A program made the translations under genes and the position numbers. A stretch of 64,000 bases of DNA, from NCBI GenBank assembly GCA_965216875.1, contig OZ244207.1, forward strand, positions 6,560,001 to 6,624,000. Reading direction: 5' to 3'. Positions within the stretch are counted from its first letter, which is position 1. Every line of letters begins with the position of its first letter. Under the pieces are notes generated by a model. That model ran no database searches and was not told where the DNA came from. It saw nothing but the letters and a program-made list of their open reading frames with translations. The stretch is from Rubripirellula sp. Its GTDB lineage: Bacteria; Planctomycetota; Planctomycetia; Pirellulales; Pirellulaceae. This document shows positions 52,901 through 61,829 of this stretch, piece after piece.

Positions 52901-55900
52901 GTCAGGGGCGTCAAGAGATCGGCAAAGCCATCGTCGTTGGCGTCGGATACCGAAACGGGCCCGGCAAATCCACCGAGTGCTACGGTTGTTGGTTGACTGA
53001 GGACGCCGCTTCCGTTGTTCTTGAGGATCGAAACGGTTTGGCTCAGGTACGACTGAGTGACAAGATCGACAAGGCCGTCGTTGTCGACATCGGCTGCGAA
53101 GATTCGATCTTGTGGCGACGGCAGATTCAATCCAACGCCAACGACTTGATTCGGGTCGATGTATGAACCATCTGGGAACGCCAAGTAGGGGCGAATGAAC
53201 CGGCCGAGTTCACTTACTGCCATGACATCTCTGCGGCCGTCGTCGTTGATGTCGGCAACGGCGAGTGAAGGCAGGTTGCCTCCTACAAAAACAGATTCGA
53301 CCGGTTGCAGGTTGCCCGAGCCGTCATTATTGAAGGTGACGAAACCACCACCGAGCACGCCGGCAACAATATCGGCATCTCCATCGCCATCGCTGTCAGA
53401 TACTTCGAGCAGGGATGTGGGCGGGGTGCCAGGAATCGGTGGTAGCGGCACTGCAAAGGGAATCGTATCCGGGGCATCGAATGTGCCGTTGCCTCGACCC
53501 AAAGCGATGGCGATCGCGCTGGATGCGTCGGTGGTGACAACATCAAACGCTCCATCACCGTCAATGTCGGCCATGGCGAGGTCGACAGGAGCAAACGCGG
53601 CAACGGTTTGGCGAATGGGCGATGCATAGGTCCCGAGCCCAGTCGACAACCAAACGCTTAGATTGTCCGCTGCGGTCTGGTTGACGGCGACAAGGTCATC
53701 TTGCCCGTCGGCGTTGACGTCAACGCTCACCAGACGGACAGTTTGAGTTGATGTCGGCAGCAAGTCTGGTGATTGAAACGTCCCGTCGGCGTTGTTGATC
53801 AGCAATTCAATGACACCGGAACTGCGTCCGAGCGTTGCGAGATCGGTCACGCCGTTCTGGTCCACGTCTAGGGCAATCAACGAATCGGTATCGGCGTTGA
53901 TCGCGACGCTCGAGTGTGCCGTGAACTGGCCATTGCCATCGCCCTTCAATAGGGAAAGCAGGCCATTGTCACTTGCCACTGCGATATCGACGGTGCCGTC
54001 CGAATCAAAGTCGCCAGCAACGCTGATCCTTGCTCCCGCCACCGAGACCGCAAAGGGAAGATCGAATCCACCGTTGCCACGTCCCGCGTAGATGGCGACT
54101 TCACCCGTGCCCTGTGTCGCCACGACAGCGTCGAGCAATTGGTCGCCGGTGACATCTTGAAGCATGACATGTGAGGGCTGTTGTCCGGTCAATTGAACCT
54201 GACCCGCGAAGATCGAATCATCGCCACTGCTGCGAGCAACCGCATCAGAAATCGTGACCAGATTACCGCGTTCGTCGTAGGTCAAAACGGTTTCGTTACC
54301 GCGGCCGTCAAGGGTGCGCGTGATGCGATTGTTGAAGCCTCGTTCGAACTCGGGCAGATTTGACAACGGGTCATTTTGAGAGATCGTTTGGCCGGCGCGA
54401 TCAAGACTTGCTGTAAGGACGTTGCCGTTGGCGTCAGCGACCGAGGCGATCGCCTGGCGTCCCAGCGAAACCGCGGGCGGCGCGGTCTGGGCGTTGCTTG
54501 TCAATTCAGGCGGAAGGACCGATCGCGACTGAGCGGGCGAATACTGAATCATCGATCCATCAGTGCGAGTGAACTGCCGAACGCGGCCTGCAAAATCGTA
54601 TTCGATCCGTTCCGAGTTTCCGTTTTTGTCCGTTTCGGAAGTGAGTCGGTGCTCGTCGTCATAGGTGAATTGCCGCTGGCTTGCGTCGGGGTCGACAATC
54701 TGGACGAGGTTACCATCTTCATCGTGTTGAAACGTTGTGCGGCGATCAGCGGGGTCAACGACTCCCGTCAACAGACCATCGCTATATTCCAACCGTGTCT
54801 CGAGTCCAACCGGATCAACGATTCGCAGCAACCGACCGTCGGTGTCGTAGTGGAACGTGGTTTGATTGCCGTTTCGATCGGAAATCGATTCGAGTTGATC
54901 GGATGCGTTGAACAGATAGACCGTTTGATCGGTCAAGACGCGACGAAAGGTTCCGTCACCGTTTTCGAAGATTCTCGAAAAGTCGCCCGGTGATCGAAAG
55001 AAATCTTCGCCAGCGACTCGCTCAAAAACCGACTCACCGCCATCACCATCGATTAGCAGGAGCGAGCCGTCGTAGTTCCGGACGATCTCTTGGAGTCCCG
55101 CGATTCCCCAGCCCGATCCGATCGGGCTATCAATCGAATTGATGTGAACCAGATTCGAATCAAGCTCGGTCGTGAGTCCTGCGTTTGCGAGGTTCTGTGC
55201 GCCACTGATGCGAAGGCGGGCCGTGTAGCCGTAGCGGCCAGACGGGTAGTCGGCGAGTTCGTTGATCTGTCGGCCGTGTCCGGCGGCGTCGAGCCCCGGT
55301 GTGATGGAGCGGTATTGATCCGAGGTTTCAATTGGCGGCAAACCGAGGCCCGCGCTGTTTCCGATATTTCCGATCGCCGTTCCCGGTTCGCGCAAAGGCA
55401 GCTCGGCCGAACCGCCATAGACCGTCATGCCAGCGACCAGGACAGGGGCATCAATGTTACGCCCTGGTTGTTGTACTTCGGAGTGAATGATGGGACGTGG
55501 GTCGGCACGTTCGGAGTCGTAAACCAATTTGACGGCGCGGCCAACACCTTGCGATTGGTACGCAGCAAGCGTGTGCGACTTATGCAGCGCGCCGGCATGT
55601 GTCGAAACGCTGGTCGATTGGCGGTCTTCCGGGGCGGTTAGCGGAGATTCGTGAGTCGACGCGGGGGCGGCACTTTGAGCACTGGGAAAGACCGAGTCAA
55701 CTGTTTGGCTTCCATTGGCGGAGGCGGCGTAATACAGAGAACTGTCGAGATAGTCGCCCGCAGCGGTCGCCACCCCAAACACCTCATCGCGAACGACGCC
55801 ATCGGCGCTGGCTGCCCCACCACTTGACCAAGAAGAAAAACCGTTGGAAGCACCCGGTGAAAGTGTGAAGCGGTTGGGAGGAGACGTTGGCGGTTGATCT

Positions 55901-58900
55901 GGATCTTGCGGTGTCGATGGCGCGTCGGAGTTTGGTGCTAACGAATGGTTGCTTGTCGCATTGAGAATCTCCGACAGGTCAAACGCATCGGGTTCATGGC
56001 GGTTTTCGCAATCGTCGCAATCTTTGTCGGCATTGTTGTTGTCGTTTTCTGGTGGTGTTCCGTTGGGAGGTGTGGTGGAGAAGTCATGCCAGCTACTATT
56101 TCGAATTCCTCCAGAGATCGTTTCGATCACCGAACCATCGTCGCTCACGCGTCCAACGCCGACGTTGTCAAAGTCACCCGTGATCGGGCTGATTGACCAG
56201 AGAATCATTTCTGTTCCGGGCGCATGGCCAGCGCGATTCGGTAGCGTTAGCGGTGCTGGAATTTCGAAGACCATTTCGCCTGGTTGGATCGTGACGACCA
56301 AGTCAGTGAACAGGCCAGCAGGAAGTGCGGCTGGTGTCACGTCGACAGGAACTTCGGTGATGCTAAGCAAGCCTGAGAAATCACCGCCGTTTTGATCTTT
56401 CAGCGAACCAGCTTTTACCAACACCGCGGCACCCGGGATCGCCGCCGTGGTGACGGTGGTGTCGACCGTTGGATCAACCGTTTGGCCGTTGGCGATGTCG
56501 AGTGCGGGAAGGTAGATCGGCCGACCGATTTGATTGTTTGATGCTTGGTAGAGATCTCGGCCGAGTAGCAGCGGGATCTTCTCGGCGATGAACGGATAGA
56601 CTTCCGTGCCAATAAACTCTTCGCCTCGGATGAGCAATGTGTCGGCAGTCGTCTCCGGCGCGACGCTCAGTTCAAACCGCCCTTCCTCATCAGTCGTGGT
56701 GGTGTTGTTGCCGAGTTCAATTGAGATGCCTGGGATCGGCTCGCTATGTGTCGAAAGGACGATTCCCGAGACTCGCGTTGTGCTGTCCGTGTCTTCCGTG
56801 ACTGATAATGAAACTGGAACAACTGTTTCGGCAGAACCATCCGAGACGACCAAATCGAATGAATACTCGCCCTCCTGACCTGGTGCGGGTGTGACAACGA
56901 GTTGGCCATCGGCGGATAAGTTGGCGATTGGCAAACCCATGGCGCTGCGGATGGAATAACGCAATCGATCGCCGTTGGCGTCGATCGCGGGATAGTCGGC
57001 TTCGAAGTAGCCACCGGCAACAACCGAAATCGGTCCCGGATCGGTCACCACTGGAGGTTGGTTTGCCCCCTGAGTAAGAACCGTGGGCCGTAGCGGTAGT
57101 GCGAGCCCGTTAGGGTTGCGAGTGACGATCGGCACAGAACCCGAATCCGATTCCGCGGCGAGCCCACCCGAGGGAGTTGCGTTGGAAAGATTCAAGTAGG
57201 GGCGATTCATCGAGTCGAGCCCGGATGCATTGAGCACCTCGACGCCAGCTGGTAGGTCATCGAAGCGAAACGCAACGCGGCGACCACTCGGCATCGATCC
57301 TGTGCGTATCCTTGCAAGTCCGACCAGGTGCCCGGTTGCCGGATCGATCCTCAAGTCTCGTAGGATGGCCTGCGCATCTGTGTCAACTTGAAAGCCGGCT
57401 AGGTCAATCTCGTCGCCGACGGGATAGACCGGTGGAGCGTTCGAGAAGGGACGCGACAGCAGGCTCGCTGATTCGTCGATCGCGATTCGTGAAATCGTTG
57501 CGATTGAATTCGAATCGGAATCGACGTTGATCCAGGTCGCGACCAATCTCGCGTGTTCCACATTCGACAGCAGACCCAAGTCGACAACCGCGTTGCTTCC
57601 ATCGAATCGTAGGATTGTCGGATCGTAGTCGACGCTATCCCCAGTGAAGCTGAGTAGTGACGGATTTCCATCGGCCCTCGTGACGAGCGGCACGGGAGGA
57701 TCCGAAAGCGACATGAGTTGGATGTTCAGCGTGTCCTCGCTCGCGTGCAATTCACTTGAGCGATCAGTGTTAACGTCAATCGTGAAGGTGAGGCTGTGGC
57801 GTGATTCGGTTGTCGGTACCGGAAGTTCGACCGAGGTGGTTGAGACGAAGGCCGATTCAGCGAAGGTGACGTTGGCTTCGTGGAAGAGGTCGATCGATGC
57901 GGTTGAAGTGTTACCGGCAAGATCGGATGCGACGACTGTGTAGGTTTCTCGCCCGCTTGATAATTGAACATCGAAAAGTTCAAAACTGCCGTCACTCGTG
58001 GTTGAAGAGGTTTGCCCTGAGACATGTATCTCTGCTCCGTGTTCTGCTTCTCCAGCGATCACGACGCTCGAATCACTCGTTCTCTGGTCACCAACGATTC
58101 CGGTATCGCTTTCGCGAGCAAGTTGGAGGTTGCCAATTGCTGGCACTGTCGTGTCGATGATCACTTGAGCTGTATCGGTAGGTGAGGTTTCGCCATGGAT
58201 CGTGGTAGCGACAGCAGAGAGGGTGTACGCACCGTCGTTCCAGGCGTAGGCACTCAAGTCGGCGACCCAATTGCCACTTGAGTCGATGGGCGTTTCAAAC
58301 GTGATTCCTGTGGGAGCAACCGTTAAAGTGACGAGGTCTCCTGCCCGACCGATGCCGTTAACGATGACGCGGTTGTCGGATGTGACAAAGTCCTGGTTGC
58401 TCGATCCCGTGTCATTGTCGAGTCCAATGATGGTCGGTGTGATGACGGAGGGTTGTCCGATCACAACGGTTGCCAGTTCAGAAGTGAGGCTGGCGTTTCC
58501 GGCCAGATCGATCGCATTTGCTGAGAGACGAAGTTCCAAAGGTGCGTCGCCGACGTGTTGTCCGAGATCGAGTGTGGCCTGCCACTGGCCATCGGCGGCG
58601 GTCGGGGTTTGTGCGAGCACGCCCAACGAAACGTCCGAGAGTGAGATTTGTGCAAGTGGCTCGCTGGTTCCTGTGACGACGATGGTTGTGTCGGCAGTGG
58701 ATCCCGCGATTTCGACTCCAAGAGAATCGGTGATCTTCACGATGCTCGGCGGCGCGGGAGCGATGGAGTCGACCACAACTAAGAAGTCGTCTTTGGGGAT
58801 ACTCTCGTTGCCCGCGCGGTCGATGGCGACGGCGGCGGCGGAATACTCCCCATCGTCAAGATTGATCAGACCGCTCTCCCAATTCCCCTGGTCATCCACG

Positions 58901-60672
58901 TCGATGGTATACGTCGAGCCATCGATTGCGATAACGATTCGCGCGTCGCGTTCGGCCGCACCCAAAAGACGAATCTCGCTGTCAGATGTCACCGCGTCAG
59001 AATCTGATAGCCCGGTGTCGTCGGCGATGCGATGGATCGTTGGTTGGCTTGGGGCCGTCACGTCGAGCGTTACGGCAAGGCTTACTTCGCTTTGATTGCC
59101 GGCAGAATCGATGGCAACCAGCGACAACGAAGTTTCACCGTCGCTTCCAATCTCGGGGAACCACTGTTGGACTTGCCCGCTCGTCACATTCCATTGGTTG
59201 GAGTTTCGATCGAGAAAGGGCAGCACATCGATCGACGTTTCCGAGTGAACGAGCGATAGCGTTTCGATTGGAGATTGATCAACCACGGTCGCCACAAGAG
59301 ACAGATCTGCGGTGGTTCGGTCGGAATCCGACCAGCCAGTGTCATTCGCTAATGCGAAGGTGACGCTTGGCGGCGAGGTGTCTGGCCCGTCAGTGGCCGG
59401 CATGCGCGATGCGACGACATCTTCGTTACGGTTTCGTTTGTGAGTCCATGCCGCGAGGTAGCCGCCCTGGTGATCGGACGCAATGGTTGGTGCGTATTGA
59501 TAGGCATCCTGTTGACCGCCTGCGCCTGCAGTGCTCGGCAAAGAAAATTCATCGCCTGAAGGTTGGTCGATCGATTCAAAGTTGCGTCCGCGAACAGTCA
59601 TGTCGTAGCCGCGCCAGCCGCGCCGACTTGCAAACGAGTTCCATAGGATGAGGAATGAACCATCGGTCGCGACTGCGGCAGTTGGTGCAAATAGAAACCC
59701 AGCACGATGTTGATTCACGAGCGTTTCGTCGCGTGCGGGTTGTCCGTTGCTGTGAAAGACGCGTGCGTGAATACCGGACCCGTCCCCCGCCCCGCGTCCA
59801 GACCAAACCACCAGCGTTTCTCCGCTCGGTAAGGCAGCGACGTCGGGAGAGCCTTGGAATCCCGAGGGCGATTGGTGGACGCGGATCGGTTCGTGCGCCG
59901 CCGCACCCGAGTGGTCATAGTGCCTCAGAAAAGCGCCGAAGGGATCGTCGACATCACTGCCGGCGAAGGCGACTGCGAAACCTTCGCTGGTTTTGGTGAT
60001 GGAGGGAGCGGTTTGCAGGCCACGGGCTCTTGAATTGACTCGGTGCTCACCCGCGAGCGGATGGTTCTCGGCGTCAAAGACTCTTGCAAACACCCCCGCT
60101 GCGTCGCCATTTCCGGCACCTGCCCAAGCGACCGCAAACGCTCCGCCATCGAGTGCAGCGACCACCGGTTGCGATTGCACTCCACGCCGCGTTTGGTTGA
60201 TACGAAACTCACTACCAATCGGTTGGCCAGTCGCATCGAGGCGTCTGGCGAAAATTCCGCGGCGATCACTTTCGCCCCCGCTTCCCTCCCCTCGCCCGCT
60301 CCACACGACAATGGATGAACCATCTTCAAATTGATCGATGGCGGCGTATCGCTGCTTGCCCTCGATGGTTTGATTGACAAGCACGGGTTGCGCGATCGGC
60401 AATCCCTCTGCGTCCACACGCCTTGCGTAGATTCCCTTGTTGTCGCCGTCACCTTTGCCGGCATAGACGACGATGCCGCTGCCATCTTGGGCAACCGCGA
60501 CAGCCTGTTGCTGCACGCCAATCGATTGGTGTCCATGGACCGGATCGTTGACAATGAATGGGTCAAGGAACCCACTGCCGTCAAGCAACAGACGCCGGTC
60601 AAGTCGCTCGGCGCGCAAAAGACGACTCTGTTTGCGCAGCAACTGCGCACTACCCCAACTTTTCGAACCCAT
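46954..60672 (-). CDS. Giant RHS/YD-repeat polymorphic toxin (~4570 aa) with Ig-like and FG-GAP domains and an alpha/beta-hydrolase tip
   Basis: RLLRAERLDRRLLL export-type motif, Ig-like repeats (DTGxSxSD, DxAGNxS), dozens of YD repeats, 14 FG-GAP motifs, RHS core FTGRPYD...RWYD...EDPI...RY..NHPINAIDPDG, tip with HG and GYSNG. Start at 60672 (ATG) or 60720. Confidence 0.93.
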   Translation of the reverse strand: MGSKSWGSAQLLRKQSRLLRAERLDRRLLLDGSGFLDPFIVNDPVHGHQSIGVQQQAVAVAQDGSGIVVYAGKGDGDNKGIYARRVDAEGLPIAQPVLVNQTIEGKQRYAAIDQFEDGSSIVVWSGRGEGSGGESDRRGIFARRLDATGQPIGSEFRINQTRRGVQSQPVVAALDGGAFAVAWAGAGNGDAAGVFARVFDAENHPLAGEHRVNSRARGLQTAPSITKTSEGFAVAFAGSDVDDPFGAFLRHYDHSGAAAHEPIRVHQSPSGFQGSPDVAALPSGETLVVWSGRGAGDGSGIHARVFHSNGQPARDETLVNQHRAGFLFAPTAAVATDGSFLILWNSFASRRGWRGYDMTVRGRNFESIDQPSGDEFSLPSTAGAGGQQDAYQYAPTIASDHQGGYLAAWTHKRNRNEDVVASRMPATDGPDTSPPSVTFALANDTGWSDSDRTTADLSLVATVVDQSPIETLSLVHSETSIDVLPFLDRNSNQWNVTSGQVQQWFPEIGSDGETSLSLVAIDSAGNQSEVSLAVTLDVTAPSQPTIHRIADDTGLSDSDAVTSDSEIRLLGAAERDARIVIAIDGSTYTIDVDDQGNWESGLINLDDGEYSAAAVAIDRAGNESIPKDDFLVVVDSIAPAPPSIVKITDSLGVEIAGSTADTTIVVTGTSEPLAQISLSDVSLGVLAQTPTAADGQWQATLDLGQHVGDAPLELRLSANAIDLAGNASLTSELATVVIGQPSVITPTIIGLDNDTGSSNQDFVTSDNRVIVNGIGRAGDLVTLTVAPTGITFETPIDSSGNWVADLSAYAWNDGAYTLSAVATTIHGETSPTDTAQVIIDTTVPAIGNLQLARESDTGIVGDQRTSDSSVVIAGEAEHGAEIHVSGQTSSTTSDGSFELFDVQLSSGRETYTVVASDLAGNTSTASIDLFHEANVTFAESAFVSTTSVELPVPTTESRHSLTFTIDVNTDRSSELHASEDTLNIQLMSLSDPPVPLVTRADGNPSLLSFTGDSVDYDPTILRFDGSNAVVDLGLLSNVEHARLVATWINVDSDSNSIATISRIAIDESASLLSRPFSNAPPVYPVGDEIDLAGFQVDTDAQAILRDLRIDPATGHLVGLARIRTGSMPSGRRVAFRFDDLPAGVEVLNASGLDSMNRPYLNLSNATPSGGLAAESDSGSVPIVTRNPNGLALPLRPTVLTQGANQPPVVTDPGPISVVAGGYFEADYPAIDANGDRLRYSIRSAMGLPIANLSADGQLVVTPAPGQEGEYSFDLVVSDGSAETVVPVSLSVTEDTDSTTRVSGIVLSTHSEPIPGISIELGNNTTTTDEEGRFELSVAPETTADTLLIRGEEFIGTEVYPFIAEKIPLLLGRDLYQASNNQIGRPIYLPALDIANGQTVDPTVDTTVTTAAIPGAAVLVKAGSLKDQNGGDFSGLLSITEVPVDVTPAALPAGLFTDLVVTIQPGEMVFEIPAPLTLPNRAGHAPGTEMILWSISPITGDFDNVGVGRVSDDGSVIETISGGIRNSSWHDFSTTPPNGTPPENDNNNADKDCDDCENRHEPDAFDLSEILNATSNHSLAPNSDAPSTPQDPDQPPTSPPNRFTLSPGASNGFSSWSSGGAASADGVVRDEVFGVATAAGDYLDSSLYYAASANGSQTVDSVFPSAQSAAPASTHESPLTAPEDRQSTSVSTHAGALHKSHTLAAYQSQGVGRAVKLVYDSERADPRPIIHSEVQQPGRNIDAPVLVAGMTVYGGSAELPLREPGTAIGNIGNSAGLGLPPIETSDQYRSITPGLDAAGHGRQINELADYPSGRYGYTARLRISGAQNLANAGLTTELDSNLVHINSIDSPIGSGWGIAGLQEIVRNYDGSLLLIDGDGGESVFERVAGEDFFRSPGDFSRIFENGDGTFRRVLTDQTVYLFNASDQLESISDRNGNQTTFHYDTDGRLLRIVDPVGLETRLEYSDGLLTGVVDPADRRTTFQHDEDGNLVQIVDPDASQRQFTYDDEHRLTSETDKNGNSERIEYDFAGRVRQFTRTDGSMIQYSPAQSRSVLPPELTSNAQTAPPAVSLGRQAIASVADANGNVLTASLDRAGQTISQNDPLSNLPEFERGFNNRITRTLDGRGNETVLTYDERGNLVTISDAVARSSGDDSIFAGQVQLTGQQPSHVMLQDVTGDQLLDAVVATQGTGEVAIYAGRGNGGFDLPFAVSVAGARISVAGDFDSDGTVDIAVASDNGLLSLLKGDGNGQFTAHSSVAINADTDSLIALDVDQNGVTDLATLGRSSGVIELLINNADGTFQSPDLLPTSTQTVRLVSVDVNADGQDDLVAVNQTAADNLSVWLSTGLGTYASPIRQTVAAFAPVDLAMADIDGDGAFDVVTTDASSAIAIALGRGNGTFDAPDTIPFAVPLPPIPGTPPTSLLEVSDSDGDGDADIVAGVLGGGFVTFNNDGSGNLQPVESVFVGGNLPSLAVADINDDGRRDVMAVSELGRFIRPYLAFPDGSYIDPNQVVGVGLNLPSPQDRIFAADVDNDGLVDLVTQSYLSQTVSILKNNGSGVLSQPTTVALGGFAGPVSVSDANDDGFADLLTPLTNDNEVSIRFGSRFGFDDGVLVELPTIDQPGSIESGDFDGDGISDLVVTGTNEMVVLRGVGNQDFVSLPPIPVLDPSTQTIVDDFDRDGQLDVVLVGTSTTDVFVTLRLGSNDGEFSPPTRHSFASEPLTAAIAVSHVESADINNDGAPDLVATDPNTDTIRVLVNRGDGTFSDPISTPTSPNPVSLSLRDLNNDNLLDVVVASADASVANVMIGFGDGTFIDRQDYFLAPNPIGATLLDAFGTSDPQIYTIGFGMTSLVTVRNTNPNTSEGFAKQFEYDDQFNQLTRTVDELGNQTLIERDPATGNALSITQVIGEVGGSDDLVTTYSYLPSGQVASMTDPLGRLTNYLYDSAGRLTRTTFAVGTADEAFSELEYDAAGNLTAVINELGHRTEYEFDELNRLIHTVDPDPDGPGPQTSQGRVYEYDGHGNLLQVSDALHGTVAYEYDGLHRRTRKTDALDQSWQYEYDDSGNLVRQTDRLGRVTRYQYDERNRMTAVIDALGAVQRLIYDADNNPVRRIDKNGYVWVTQFDARNRVVREIDPLGNETVLQYDLANNIQSAVDPLKRKTEFFYDDLYRLVGIHEADPDGLAGPLSSPVRSIEYDRASNQIRVIDPLGNVVETQYDARNRPIVETLPDPDGSGPDVAPIYVYEYDDANRLSRTTDPLGRVTTYEYDDRNLLIRTTHPDPDGAGPASAPIVAHEYDVAGNLLSTTDALGNRTDYQYDHLYRLISRIDSDPDGVGPLESPITTIAYDHEGQITSVTDPLGRVIAYQYDDLGRTTTEVYPDPDGAGPESNPVVTNAYDPVGNRIAVVDPLGNATRFEYDQHHRLVRVIMPDPDGDGPDANPIAQYQYDAADQTVATVDPLGRRQQYFYDDLGRIVQETYPDPDDAGPLEAPVMTYAYDAIGNQIAMTDSLGNTTAYQFDHLYRRTHVIAADPDGPGQQGRPVTKIEYDVVSRAITAMDPLGRTTQFIYDDLDRVVTEIYPDPDGAGPLQSPQIAFTYDSVGNQTSSTDAVGSVTQFVYDNLYRNTATIQADPDGPTGPLTSPITTYTYDVASQPITVTDPLGRTSTNHYDDLGRVITVIDPDPDGTGPLAAATTHFTFDSVGNQTSTIDPNGYLTQYTYDNLYRRTSQVREDLDGATGPLGHPTTSYTYDLVGNLLSLTDPSGNTTRWQYDQLDRNTTETISLDGSAVSRRYDYDAMNNLVEVTDRNGRVTRHDYDHLHRPIAEHWIGDTENVTRSITTTYDVANQVLAVEDSVAQSRYDYAYDRLGRAITIDSTNESVVVGLHNEFDAQNRRTRLAANIDGSLDFENTYSYDALHRLSVLTQSSQPGATVSPKRFDFEFNRASQLTQLARYADLAGTQTIATSDYAFDGQARLQSISHINSTGTSIAGYQFEYDIASRITQVDSLVDGPSNYGYDNDNQLTSASHTGQANESYTYDENGNRAGVGQTTGDHNRIMSNGPVQYEYDNEGNRILRTDTQTGNVTEYRWDHRNRLTEVIQRASAGDDAIHHVYHRYDPFNRWISKSVDVDGDGPIDAETTFYDYDGSNIVLARSDAGVSDRYAWGAVVDQILAEEDAVTNEVVYPLSDHLGSVRDLVDSSGSPINHIQYDSYGNVVSETDAAIDSLFGFTGRPYDESTELQNNHHRWYDAETGNWVSEDPISFASGDTNLTRYTANHPINAIDPDGRVIIIVHGIQNLNNREIAAFAERLDQKSGPKQKIIHFKYGERSSAGTDPQPPGTSNAILSTKAKLNRAAGEELGKLIESIAVEKRRLGSSEPIHVAGYSNGGNPTVIAFEHTGTIVNSTSLLGTSVRAKETDLSNAIAHSAAFHTFVSPGDGATKPVNGIGSHGTEGRYDHINRYHETVVENVFHSLNEASGSHPFLSHLSEERVPGRVTAFSMAWGYDLLQWGNSFKDNGGGIIYATSWLTAFMFENFYYQIWELRRDQDNLFSTEGILPNGTRLENCPDGIPVDYIFYFE

Positions 60673-61121
60673 CGGAATGTGCCCCAAACGGCATCGATCA
60701 GGACGTGCCGCTGCCCCCACAATCCTGCCCCAGGATCATTGTGAACGGCACGCCCGATCGATGCGCCCCAATGTTTTTAAGTGTGAACCAGAATGGTTTT
60801 CGTCACTGAAAAGTTTGTCGGCTGTTCTTCAGCCATAGCAGGCTTCTGCTGGGGGGTAAGTTTAGGGTTGGTATCCAACATTACAATACAAAAAAACAAA
60901 TAAACATAAAAAGATTTAATGACTAAAGGTATTGAGGGTTGACGGCATTTCGTTGTTTGAATGCAAACCGTTGTGAGATTCTCAAGAGAACACAACCACG
61001 AATCTTCCAGATGCCACGAATAGGTTCGTAGGGGCTTGTTTGCAGGAGGCAGTGAACCTGGGGGCAATGCGGTGTGCCGATGGTTGACGACGTTGCAGTC
61101 GAATGACGAGTGTGGGTTGAG

Positions 61122-61598
61122 ATGCGTTACGAATTTCACGAGATCGCGAAGGTTGCTAAGGACCGCTTTAGGTTGAGCCTGAAGGGGACGCATGGGCTTG
61201 CGCACTGGCAGCGCGTTCAAGAGAACGGTTTGAAGCTGGCCAAGCACAACGGTGCCAACAAAGACATCGTTAAGCTCTTTTCTTTCCTACACGACTGTTG
61301 CCGCGAAGATGATGCGTCAGACCCTTATCATGGGCCACGCGCCGCCGAGTTTACCGAAGGACTGCGCAACGACTTGATCGTTGCTGACGATGAAACGTTC
61401 GAAAAGCTGGTCGAAGCAATTCATGACCATACCCTGGTGACACATCATCGTGACGTCGACATCGCTACCTGCTGGGACGCCGATCGATTGGATATTGGCC
61501 GAGTCGGTCGAGCGCCCGATCGACGTCTTTTGAACACGCCAATCGCGAAGGAGAAATGGGTGATCCACTGGGCGTACAAGCGCAGTGTGAGTCATTAG
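61122..61598 (+). CDS. Stand-alone HD-domain phosphohydrolase
   Basis: HGLAHWQRV, FLHDCCR, HGPRAA, IHDH, CWDADRLD. Confidence 0.88.
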   Translation: MRYEFHEIAKVAKDRFRLSLKGTHGLAHWQRVQENGLKLAKHNGANKDIVKLFSFLHDCCREDDASDPYHGPRAAEFTEGLRNDLIVADDETFEKLVEAIHDHTLVTHHRDVDIATCWDADRLDIGRVGRAPDRRLLNTPIAKEKWVIHWAYKRSVSH

Positions 61599-61647
61599 CC
61601 CGCCAGGGGTCGCGGTCCGAGCGATCCCGGAAACGTTGCGCTGTTAT

Positions 61648-61776
61648 GTGAGCCGAACGCGCTACCGTCGGGCCTTACTCTCGATTTACCCTCGATCCGT
61701 CATGCGGAGCATGACCTACGAAGAGGACGCGGAGCGTCCGAGAGTGCGTTACCACGCGGAGCGTGGTAACGAGGTG
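61648..61776 (-). repeat. Composite REP-like element, right copy (inverted relative to 45864-46001)
   Basis: Module B has 1 mismatch in 31 bp; module A has 4 mismatches and 1 indel over 79 bp relative to the reverse complement of the left copy. Confidence 0.88.
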
Positions 61777-61829
61777 AGCGGAGTGCGGGAACGAGGTGAG
61801 TGGCGAGTCGGAGCCCTTTCCGCGTTTTC

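Noticed and set aside
60777..61247. 156-aa minus-strand ORF upstream of the RHS gene
   Set aside because: Overlaps the HD gene antisense, and its hydrophobic stretch derives from the A-rich intergenic tract.
45850..61790. Classical IS or composite transposon
   Set aside because: No transposase inside or adjacent and no target-site duplication; kept only as a REP-bracketed block.
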